From: Podarcis melisellensis
Taxonomy: Eukaryota
Assembly (NCBI GenBank): GCA_964234715.1
Contig: OZ174282.1
DNA length: 64,000 nt
Direction: 5' to 3' (one strand)
The notes under the pieces were generated by a model. That model saw nothing but the letters and a program-made list of their open reading frames with translations. It did not search any database and was not told where the DNA came from. Below, in pieces: positions 1-10,699 of the stretch; within the stretch, counting starts at the first letter, position 1; each line of letters opens with the position of its first letter. Made by a program: the position numbers and the translations under genes.

Positions 1-1264
1 CTTTAAAAAGATGGATTAATTTTGACTCACCAGAGGTTTCTGTTTGGTCTGCGAAGCCATTTTCCAAGCCATATCCACCTGCCTGTCAACAGTTATTATT
101 TTAGTTGGTGGGCTGAATTAAATCCTCCCTTGGTTATGCACACATACTCCCAGCAGGGAACAGGTGTCTGCAGCCAAGACAGAAAGCTGATGATCAGGGG
201 TCAAATCCTGCTCAGCTTGGCAGGATTCCATGCCAACACCTTCCTGATTCAGGATGCAGTTTGCAGAGAAACCCAGCTAAAAGGTTTTCCCTTTTAACAG
301 GATTCCAGTACAAACTTCTTCCTGCACTTTGAAGTTCCACCTGTCAAATTTGGCCCACCAGGGCTGGGGAGATGAAAACTTTGGCCACTGGCCGAAAAAG
401 GATCCTCACCCCTGTTCTTGTGGTAAATCGGGTAGTGCAGAACTTTGCCTGGTTTGCTGACTAATTGAAATGTGTGGTGGTGGTGGTAAAGGAGCCAAGT
501 GGTGGTACAAAATATGAAGAGTTAGGGCTGTTCTTTCCAAAGTAGGCAAATCTTCCTTAGCCCTGCCTTTGAAGTGGAAGTAACTTAATCCTGAATAGCC
601 AGACGTGGTTAAGAGACACCGAAGCATGTTTTAACAATATGGGGTTTATGCTTTTAGAAATGCAAAATTATGTACTGTATATGTACCCAGTTCTCCAATA
701 TTGCTTTTGTTGAAAAACATTGGTTATTTGCCAGGATGTTTTTTCAAGCAGACAAGCAGGAGGCCCTTAGAAAGACAAATGGCTTAACACCTCCCAATGC
801 CTAGGAGCGGCAGGGACATGCGAGTAAACCTACAGTAACTGGCAACTCGCTCTAGTTTCCATGTTAACGAAAGAGCAGTTTAGAAGGATCAGAAAAAGGG
901 AAGCCTAAGCAATAAATGAACCCCCCTAACTTTGGGGTGGGGGTGGAAATGGAGTTTTGTGGCTGCTATCCTGTGCCTCAGAAGGGAATAATGACATAAT
1001 TGAAGAGGATCATATGATACAAGTCATAAGGGGAAAATGGCACCTGGAAAAAAATGGACTGGAGGACCTCCTGCACGCCCACCGATACATAACCTGTGTT
1101 TTATTCCCTGGTATGAATGCAGGACGACTCCAGAATATAACAAGAGTTGCCTAATTTCACAACAATGCCCAATAGGGCTCTTGGAGGTGGCCATGCACTC
1201 ATGAAGGTTGCAGCATGTATTTGTCACACATGAATTGCCAAATGCGTTCCTATGGAAACCGCCT

Positions 1265-1750
1265 TCAGACCAGGTCCGGGGACAGTCTGTCCCCCGACCT
1301 CTTCTGAAGGCGGGGGGGGGGGACGACGACAAGGGCTTTTCTTCCCACCCCCAGCATTTTAAAAAACCCCGGGACAGCAGAGGATTTCTCCGCTGTCCCA
1401 GGGTTTTTTAAAATGCTGGCGGGCGGCAGCGAAGGTTTCGCTGCCGCCCGCCAGCATCTTAAAATCGCCCCGGGACAGCGGAGGACTTCTCCGCTGTCCT
1501 GGGGCGATTTTAAAGCCCCCGGGAAGGCAGGCGGGGGGGAGCAAAGACTTTCACCCCCCGCCAGCCTTCAGAAGAGGTCCAGGACCTCTTCTGAAGGCCG
1601 GCGGGGGGGCGAAGGTCTTTGCTCCCCCCCCCCCGCCTGCCTTCAAAAGCCGTCCGGGATAGCGGAGAAACGCGCTGCACTTCTCCACTATCCCGGGAAG
1701 GCAGGCAGGGGGGAGCAAAGACTTTTGCCCCCCGCCGGCCTTCAGAAGAA
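1265..1750. repeat. GC-rich cassette of tandem hairpins and direct repeats, probably the internal part of a non-autonomous DNA transposon
   Basis: Inverted repeats at 1361-1409, 1413-1457 (perfect 21-bp stem), 1460-1512, 1564-1598 (perfect 17-bp arms) and 1654-1696. A ~55-bp direct repeat at 1521-1575 and 1695-1748. No TIR/TSD found. Confidence 0.6.
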
Positions 1751-1911
1751 AATTAAGAAAATTAATTGCCACAAAGGATACAGAACCCTCAAATATTCCA
1801 TAGCACCTTCCCAAATTTCAACCCTGTTCCCATGTGTTGTCTTCCAACATGAAGTTCCAGATTCAATGTAGAGAATAAAACGTATTTTATTAACAAGCAA
1901 AAACCCATATA

Positions 1912-2132
1912 CAGTGGTACCTCAGGTTAAGTACTTAATTCATTCTGTAGGTCTGTACTTAACCTGAAACTGTTAACCTGAAGCACCACTTTAGCTAATG
2001 GGGCCTCCTGCTGCCGCCGCACCGCTGGAGCCCGATTTCTGTTCTCATCCTGAAGCAGTTCTTAACCTGAAGCACTATTTCTGGGTTAGCGGAGTCTGTA
2101 ACCTGAAGCATATGTAACCTGAGGTACCACTG
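1912..2132. mobile_element. Tc1/mariner-pogo-type MITE, family A
   Basis: TIR CAGTGGTACCTCAGGTTA ... TAACCTGAGGTACCACTG with TA on both sides. Homologous copies at 55984 and 58072. Confidence 0.9.
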
Positions 2133-4077
2133 TATGTACAGCAGCCATCAGCTGAACTTAATCTTCCCTAACCGAACAAGCCAACAGGTTTGGTCTTAAG
2201 ATACAATCCTGTATGTTTATGATGCATACATAGTATCAGCTGGGGTGCATGCAGGAGTAAAAAAATGGAAAGGGGGTGAATGTAATAATTGGGTATGGAC
2301 AAAGGGGCTTGAGAGGGAATAAGGCATGAAAATGGTGTGCAAGGGTTGAAAAAATGGTAGAGGGAAAAGGAGTGGGTTAAGATGAAAGCAGGTGCATGAA
2401 AGGGACTGAAGAATAGGGGGTAGTGACTTTAATTGGGCAGATTAAAAGGTTGTTTAGTAGTTGCAATGTGCAGAAGATGCAGGTTACCCTTGTGTTGTGT
2501 GCAAGGAAGGGGTTGCACAAAAAAAGGCATGGATGTGAGTGAAAGCAGGGTTTTAGAAGTGGCTTCAAACATGGGGCTGGGAAGGGGAAAGCAATCTTAG
2601 CAGTTGCTTGGTGTGGGAAGGGGAAGCTCATGGGGCTTTAATGGAGGGAATGTCAGAAGGGTTGTAGAGCAGAGCGAACAGGGGCACAGTTCCTAGTTAA
2701 TTTAATTTTGTAATGGCTGCCAGAGATGCCTGGTGCATGTCATGTCACTAACAAGGAAGCATGAGCTCTGAAACTGAATTGGCTTTAGGAAGAAACTAAG
2801 TATCTGGCCTCACCACCCATGTCATTGTGAAGACAAAAGTGATCCTCAACAGATCATTCAGTCAACTCAGACCCTATCTTTGCAAAAACCACCCAAAAGG
2901 ATTACTTCAAGATGGACAGTCATACTTCAAATGGGACTGTGTTCCGGGTGACAAATTAGGTGCCTAAATGGAGAGGATGGGTTCTCAACAACTTGGGTTC
3001 CTTTATCTTCAGCAGTGTGAACTAAAAACTCTAGATCAGTGTGGTCCAACATGTGGGCCGCAGGCTGCCAGGGCTCTGGAGTAGTGGTGTGAGCATGGTG
3101 GTCCTGAGACAGCAAGCAGCTACTGCAGCAGGAGCCACCTGGCACCAAGAGGATGGGCGTCAGCTGGGCTTGGGGCAGCAAATAGTGAACAGACACAGAA
3201 GCACAGTTGGCCACTGCCCGAGGCACCCTCACAAGAGGGCTCATTGAGCTGGGTGCTTTGGGTGGCCCCTTTGGCTGCACTGCTTATCTCAAAGGTAAAT
3301 AATGGGGAGCCTGGGGAGGGTGGGAGGCGAGAGGTCACACTGGGCAAGGTGCTGGTGGAGCAGGCAGAAAAAAACCATGGGGTGCTAAGTACTGTGGGGA
3401 AAAAACCAATTTGATTTTCTTCAGATGTGCTTTACAGGACAGAATATAGAGGAAAGGATTGTTTTCAGCAGCCAACCATAAATTCCTCTTTTCCAAGTTG
3501 GTTTTGATGAAGTAATGAGACATCTTCACAATATTTAAAGATTCAGCTTCATAGCAGAATTTTGAATAAATGTTAACATTAAAAATGCTTCAGGCACAAC
3601 TCAGTTAAGAGGGCATAGTTCACCTTACAAATGCCAATAATTTTGCTTTGCAGTTCCAAAGCAATTTTGATTTGAAGTGGTAGTACAAAAGTTCTGTTGC
3701 GCCTTTGCTTTTACTGAAGGGCCTTACTTTCCAAGGCAGCAGGCGATTCAGCCTGGATGTCGTACAATTAAGGCAATGCTGGCTACAGTAGAGGCCTGTA
3801 AATAAACACGGCAACTCACAGCAAAACCCCCACAGCTTCCAGTAGGTGGTGCTAGCATTACACAATCTCAGCCCGTGAACACTACATTTGCTGCTGTGGA
3901 TATTAGGTTGGCTGTTTTGTATTTTGTTGACAAAGTTTACAGAAGAATCTGCCTCATTTTCAGGTACCAAAGTTACGAGGAAAAGTGCAACTTGCTCATG
4001 CCTCTTTGGCCTTGAACATCCCATCCACTTTTGTTAAGTATAAATGCTCAGAAATGTCACACAATATTCAGGATAGG

Positions 4078-4098
4078 TTTATTTAAAAGTTTTTATTT
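4078..4098 (-). terminator. RSRP1: Candidate RSRP1 polyadenylation signals
   Basis: Two TTTATT motifs on + (AATAAA on -), ~1 kb past the terminal-exon stop. Confidence 0.5.
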
Positions 4099-5064
4099 TA
4101 TACACGTTGTCCAGTTTTATGCATATTAAAAGAAAGGTGCTGCTTGTGCAAGTGATCTTATCTCTAGCTTTTAAGTCAAGTCACAAAATCTAGCTTTCTC
4201 CTTAAATGTCGTATCAACTAATCACATTTAGCAATAGCAACACATCCATACAATATAGGGATTACCTAATACCTACTTTCATCTGACATAAACTTTGCCC
4301 CAACCAAACCCTTCTGCTTGAAAGGCAGTCTACTTAAATTCTACCTTATGTTTGCATTACAACATTATAAGCCTTTGGGGCAAACTACAAAAAAACCTGA
4401 ATTTATATATCTAGCACTAGGCTCTTAGCAGTTGTACTTGGAACATGCACAAGCTCAGGTCATAGCTGACATTGCAAATGTTTTACTTCTAACTAAAAGT
4501 GCAACATGAGAGCAATTATGCTGGTTCCATAACAAGACAGCAGACAAAAAATATTTTAACCTTGTGCAACTGAAAATTCAAAGTTTTGCCACTTCAAGAG
4601 CACAAGTAGAATTTTCTTTGCTTATCCTTCTGCCACTTGCAAAATGTGGTGCTGTTCAGGTTAAACAGGAATGTGGGAAGCTACACAAGCCAGCTGAATT
4701 ACCACCAGGAGCCATAAATCACACTTTTTAAAGTGTTGACTTGAAAAGTATTAAAAGTGTAGAAAAAATAATTTTATATGTAGTACAGTAATTAAGCTAC
4801 ACTCACTTTAAACACTAGAAATTGCTACATGACTCACAAGGAGAAAAGTTACCCACCTGTAATTTAGTCTATTACAGCCACATGAAAAGTTATTTACAGA
4901 AATGTAAGATTCCAACCTGTAATTTCTGGACCTCTATATAACTCCCATAGTATATCTGGAAAATAAACCAAATCTCAAATTAATACAGTTTTAAGCATTC
5001 TGTATTTAGACCCTGAATTTTGAGAGGATTTCAAACCCCATAATGCCTCAACAGCTCAAACAGA

Positions 5065-5258
5065 TCATGGGTACTGGCATGCTCTAGAGGATGTACTTTT
5101 AGGTGAAATGTTATGGAACATAACATTTTCCTCGTTCCCAACAGGAATCCATTGACCAGATGGGGTCTCTTTTTTCTTGTCTTTTCCTGAGGACAGTGTG
5201 GCTTCTTTAAAAGGAACAGTTGCTGGTTTTAGGGCCAGTGACCCTGCCACAATGCATT
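5065..5258 (-). CDS. RSRP1: RSRP1 terminal coding exon (probable)
   Basis: Acceptor ttttcAG at 5259-5260. The frame reads ...KDKKKETPSGQWIPV..., resembling the RSRP1 C-terminal motif (human ...KKSPYGLWIPI, from memory). Joining phase unresolved. Confidence 0.65.
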
Positions 5259-5453
5259 CTGAAAAATAAAATTAACATAAATTGTAAGATATAATCCAAT
5301 TAGAACAATGTATGAAGACATACAGAGCTGCTTAAAGATCAATTCCTGTGCAAACTTCCATACTTGAATCTTTAAAGCTCATAGGTAAGGACTAAAACAT
5401 TCAATTCCTATTAGAGCACTCTCCACATTGCTACCTGTCCTATGCTTCTAAGC

Positions 5454-5589
5454 CAAGCATAGGCTAACTCCAGGCCTCCAGATGTTTGGAACTACAATTC
5501 CCATCACCCCTAGCTAACAGGACCAGTGGTCAGGGATGATAGGAGTTGTAGTCCCAAACAACTGGAGGGTCTGAGTTTGCCTATGCCTG
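5454..5589. mobile_element. Short hAT-type MITE
   Basis: Palindromic element with perfect 8-bp TSD TTCTAAGC. Related degenerate copies near 5620, 19310, 21781, 35876, 43670, 45250, 46868, 54805 and 60320. Confidence 0.85.
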
Positions 5590-7449
5590 TTCTAAGCAGA
5601 TTTAAAGCTGATTTATCTGTAACTGGGATAGGGGACCAGTGGCCCTCCAGATGTGAAATTATAATCCGTATAATCCCTGTTCACTGGCTGAGACAGAATT
5701 GGGAATTAAACAGTATCTGGAGGGTCACAGTTTCTCTATCCCCACTCTTAAGGTTTGTGATGTTTTACACAATCCATATTAAAATATCTAAAAATAGATC
5801 ATATATCAGAAATCAAATCTCCACAAAAATCCATTATCGCAATGTGCACCATATTAGTAGAGATGTAGGATTTGTTTTTCCAGACCCCTATACCAATTGT
5901 CTTTTTTTATATATTTAAGTTTTCACATGAAAGGTTGGAAGCATGTTTTTATTTTGAAGGAAGTGCCACTGAACTCTGTGTACTTGCTTCTGAATAGAAC
6001 TATAAACTACTCTCTTTCTCTCTCTCTCTCTCATTCAATTTATTGATCTCAGAGGTACAAGAAAGGCACTGTCCTTCACTGTAATACTAGTCTCAGATCC
6101 CTTTTTTGGCATTTTCTGTTATTTTTTTCTGGGTTGTTCAAAGGGAAGGTCTATTTTATACCTAATCACATAGCTCAAAGGAAAGAACAAAATCTGTTCT
6201 AACACACTACAGCTGTAATCCTAAACTTGCATATCTGAAAATAACCTACAATAAAGCTATCAGGCTTTAAAATAAACATGGTTAGGATCAGACTCAAAGT
6301 ATACGCCTTTGGTTGACTCGTATCTAGGCGCCCCCCCCCATTACAATTTTCCAAGGCGTGTGGGGAGCCAACACATGAAGAGAAGCTCACTACTACAAGT
6401 TCCCTTCGCACTACTTGATGAAACAACAGAGAGTGCAACAAAAAGTGTGGGACTAACAGGCTATTCCCTGCTCTTTCCTTCATTGTGAGACATGAATGCC
6501 TACTGAAGAGGGGAGTTCATCTTTGCTGTTTTCAGAAAATATTGTGATAACCTCATTCATTCCTTAATGCTGTGTTCACTAGATAATTTGGAAGATGAAT
6601 TGATGAAGTGTAATATTTTTATCAAAATAATTGTTACATCATTAACTCCTACGTATCAGCTTCATAAAGATTAGACGATCTTGTTTGCAAGTGAAGTCCG
6701 ATTCTTCTGATCTTCCCCCTTCACATCTGGGAGAGCTAACAATACCATTTTATAGTTGTCTAAATTCCTGCTTAACTAAGAAATGGAACAAGCCCCTGAT
6801 ATTTCACAGTGAGTACCATAGGATTTCATTTGTGTAAAAGCTTTCTAATCTTCTGGAAAATGTAATATAATACAGCTTTTGCTAACTTGGCTTTTATTTC
6901 CCTCCCCTAAGTTAGCTTGGCTACAGCCCACAATCACTTAGTTACCACCAGATTTTCTTCATCAGTGCTGGAGACCATATTCATGATTTCTATAAGACAG
7001 AAATAAAGCATGTAAAATGCGCTGTGTGTCCAGATAAAGAATTTCTGGGAACTTTTTGTTGCATCACAATTTGACAGGTATTAGAACACCATTTGAAATT
7101 TAACATCCATATAAATTAGCCTTATCTGGGTCAGCAAAACGTATGAAAAAGGACCCCAACTAGTAAACTGAAGAGCTAGTAAAATATGTAATTTATATTA
7201 TTATTTAATCATTAGGAAATCTCAGAACATTTTCAAAGAACTCAGATGTTTAGGATTACTTGGTAACTTTACCTCAACAGGCTAAGATTTGGCATCTGCC
7301 ATTTGGTTTCCAAACTTGAAAAATATTAACTACATTTTGAAAATATTTTCAAATATTTATTTTCAATTGATGAAACAAGGCTAGCTCTATTTTTTTATGT
7401 AGTTTTTCAAAGCATTTAGTTTTAGCATCCGAATAACCATTTCACTTAC

Positions 7450-7598
7450 CATAGTCTTCACACTCTCCTCATTTGGCTTTCTGCTTTCACTTTCTTTTGA
7501 TATTGTACCAATTTTCAAGCTGGCTGGCAGGACCACATTGTCTGTCCCCAAAGTTTTTGCTGCATTGGCCTTTGCGATTTCCAGTAGCTCTCTTTTTT
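7450..7598 (-). CDS. RSRP1: RSRP1 second coding exon
   Basis: AG at 7599-7600, donor ATG|GTAAGT. Encodes EKRELLEIAKANAAKTLG (RSRP1 motif LLEIAKxNAAK). In frame with the previous exon (phase 1 to 0). Confidence 0.92.
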
Positions 7599-7871
7599 CT
7601 AAAACAAATAAACAACAGCAGGTACTCAGCCCTCTAGGTGACATGGGTTTAAAATGCAATAGAAAACTAACTGAAAGCACCAAAAAAGGAATTCAGACAA
7701 GTTCCACAGTGCAAGATAAAGGGAAGTTAGTGATGACTGAGCAGAAAAGCTAAATTTATACTTGGGGGCAGAGGTGATTTTCAAAGACAGTACACTAAAG
7801 AATTGAGACAGTGACTTCCCAAACACATCAAGTGATTCTACAACCAACTAAGGATTTGAACACAGGAACTG

Positions 7872-7910
7872 AACCAAACCAAACCAAACCAAACCAAACC
7901 AAACCAAACC
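7872..7910. repeat. (AAACC)n microsatellite
   Basis: Direct reading. Confidence 0.95.
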
Positions 7911-8095
7911 ACAGTAACTTCAATGTACAGCTATTCTTGGAGAAGAACTCTCTACTTCTATCAGTTAATGAAAGTACAGGAAAAGTCTCTAGACAGGACT
8001 TTTTAAACTAAGATGGGATATATTTTTTCTATAGCAAAGTTTGAAAATATCCTAATATGCTTCTCCACCAATATAGATTGATGATCTGCCAATAC

Positions 8096-8609
8096 CTTTT
8101 TCAGTCAAGCGAAGAGGGGTTCTACTGCGAGATCTTGATCGAGAACGGCTTCTCCAGCTTCTATAAGCCTCAGGATATATGGTTCTTCCAAATCCATAGT
8201 ATCTTCGGCTTCTTGACCTGCTTCTAGAGTAAGATCTTCTATAGCATGGTCTTCCAGGAGACCTACTACGTGATCTGTATCTTGGAGGAGAGCGGCGGTA
8301 TCGCCTATGGTATCTAGGATGGTATCTTTCTCTGTATTTGTAGCTACGTGATCTTGACCGGCTTCTGGAATAAGATCTTGAATACCTTCTGCACCTCCAA
8401 GAACAATTCCTTTTAGCACGTAATCTTGATCTGCTTCTTGACCTACTCCAGCTTCTGGAGGAAGAGGAAGTGCTTGAACTTGATCTTGTGGAGTAAGATG
8501 ACCTACTAGATGACCTTGAAGATGATCTTCTGCTACAGCTGCTCCTTGACCTTGAACGAGACCTTTCTTTTGGTGAACTCAAAGTCAAGTCATCCATAAA
8601 GACTGTCAT
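8096..8609 (-). CDS. RSRP1: RSRP1 first coding exon, arginine/serine-rich protein 1 (exon 8692-8096, ATG 8609)
   Basis: [19 protein letters not shown]..., long RS domain, [13 protein letters not shown] motif. Acceptor AG at 8693-8694, donor at 8094-8095. Syntenic with TMEM50A/RH. Confidence 0.93.
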
Positions 8610-10699
8610 CTCATCTGTCTTCTTGCTTGATTTTTGCTTTTCGGTATTTTTCAAACTTGTGCCTTCTGTTTTCGGTTGCCCAGTTCCCGTTCCTTTGTTT
8701 AGGAGAAGGAGGGATAGATAGAAGTTTTGATTTAAAACTTCTGCTATTGTGAACTATGACAATGTCATAACTGCATGTTTCTTCCAAGTCAACTCGGAAG
8801 CATTATTAAAAACCTTATGCCTCAAAGATTTTAAGTAGCATGGTTCAGATCTTTCATTTGACAGCCATAGAACCTCCTTTCAAACAAATATGCTTGAATT
8901 CTAGAAGCTAATGCTCCACTCACATCACAGAACGGTCAAATTAGTATTTTGAGCCACTATGGAGCTGGAGGCATTCAACTGTATGCAATATGAAGTATTT
9001 AACAATCAAGATGGCTGCTGTTATATAACAGCAGCCATTTTAGTTACAACACACTGGATCTATCATACTAGGGTATAATCACTCCCGTTTCCTTAATTCT
9101 TCAAACCACTTTTGTTCTATGATCCTGCTCTCTTCATTAAGAGTTTTATTTGTTAATTTGTGTTTATTAATAATCAAAGCAAAAATATTGACTGTGCTGT
9201 ATTACTACCACAAAGTATGAAAATTATTCTAATGCCTTAAATAGAGGAATATTTATCACTAGCAAACCATACAGGAAGAAGGTTCTGTCTGGAGCCTTGA
9301 ATCACCTAATTCAGCAAGCACCTTTGAATTGCAGACAACTAATTAAATGGGGTGGAAACATTTTAGATATAAAACATAATCAGCCAAACACTAGACATAC
9401 ATTCCCATAAGCAACATACCAATAGGTGCTGAAAAACTCCCATTCTGCTCAGGGCTTCCATGGTTCTGCTGTGGATTCCTATGAACAAGAGTTGCAACCA
9501 TTCAGTCAGTTCTTTTTTTAAATAAATTTTATTAGAATTTAAGACAAGCTACAATATTATCCTTCAGTTCGTTCTACAGAAAAATTAATACTTTCTCAGG
9601 TCCTTCCCCTGCAATATGGGGATAATACTGAGCGACATTGTACTGTGAATTTGATGCACTTTCAACGTACTCGAAGTGTTAGGATCAAGTTACTAGTCTT
9701 TTCCTAAGCATTTTTACTCCCATCTTCAACAGTGCTTACTCCCAGATAAAATGTCATCTCAATTGTTAATCACACACTGTATAATTTTACTTTCTCCAAA
9801 AGCCTCCTTAACAGAAAGCAGATTTTACTGGGCTTTTCAAAAAAGGACTCATGGTGCTCAGTATGCAAGTGCCTAAAAAATAGCACAATCCTGCCAATGC
9901 CAACCACCACTAAACCCTGCTGATTTCAAAGGAAGCATTCAAGACTGCTTTGGACATTTATCTTTGGGAAACATACATGGGATTTGGCTGTTTCTGACAG
10001 CTTATTGTTCTAATTTAGGGGGGTATGGAAAAACTAGACTGCCCTTGTGAACTCTCATGGTAGTTTACACAAAAGACACGTTTGTTCAAAAACATGCTTC
10101 ACAGCATAAATTACTACTTTACTTCAAGAGTAGACTAGGGTAGTGTACAAATTAATTAGCTGTAATCCAACGCGTGCACTCCCCCCCCCCATCTCACTTA
10201 AAGCTGGCAGCCTTTTCCCAAGCCCTTAATTATCTTTCGCCAAGTGCCACACCCGTGAACAACACATAGTAGGAAGTGAGCCCTACTGAAGGAAACAGGG
10301 CTTTGCTTACTTCTTAAGAATCATGGGCGCGACTGCATTGCTTGCATACAAAGAGACGAGAGGTTTCTGCCTGCCTCCAAGGATCTTACTGTCCCAAAAC
10401 GGATTATGGGAAAGGGAATTAACAAACGGGGGGGGGGGGACACCAAGGGCAGGAAGAAATGACCCTGAACAACTACAATTACTTCCTTGGTTTTGTTTGG
10501 TTACAATTCCGAACAAGTTAAAGAAATGCCACGCCACAAAAGCGAATTTGGAAGCAAAGAGGGCTGGCACCACAATCCGACGAGGATACTCTTCGTACAC
10601 CTACAGAAGCTTCACTTTAAATATTTTTTTTTAACCTAACAGGGTTGTCGTGAGCCCTATCGACCTTAGCCTGCCTTCCTCCCACCAATAACAGGTTTA

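Noticed and set aside
2927-3347. ORFs that might be SYF2 or another neighbouring gene
   Set aside because: No recognisable protein similarity or exon chain. The region starts with a hAT-like end (CAGTGTGGTCCAAC, ~3037).
8105-8419. 104-aa alternative-frame ORF overlapping RSRP1
   Set aside because: Typical shifted-frame by-product of RS-repeat codons, with a non-ATG start.
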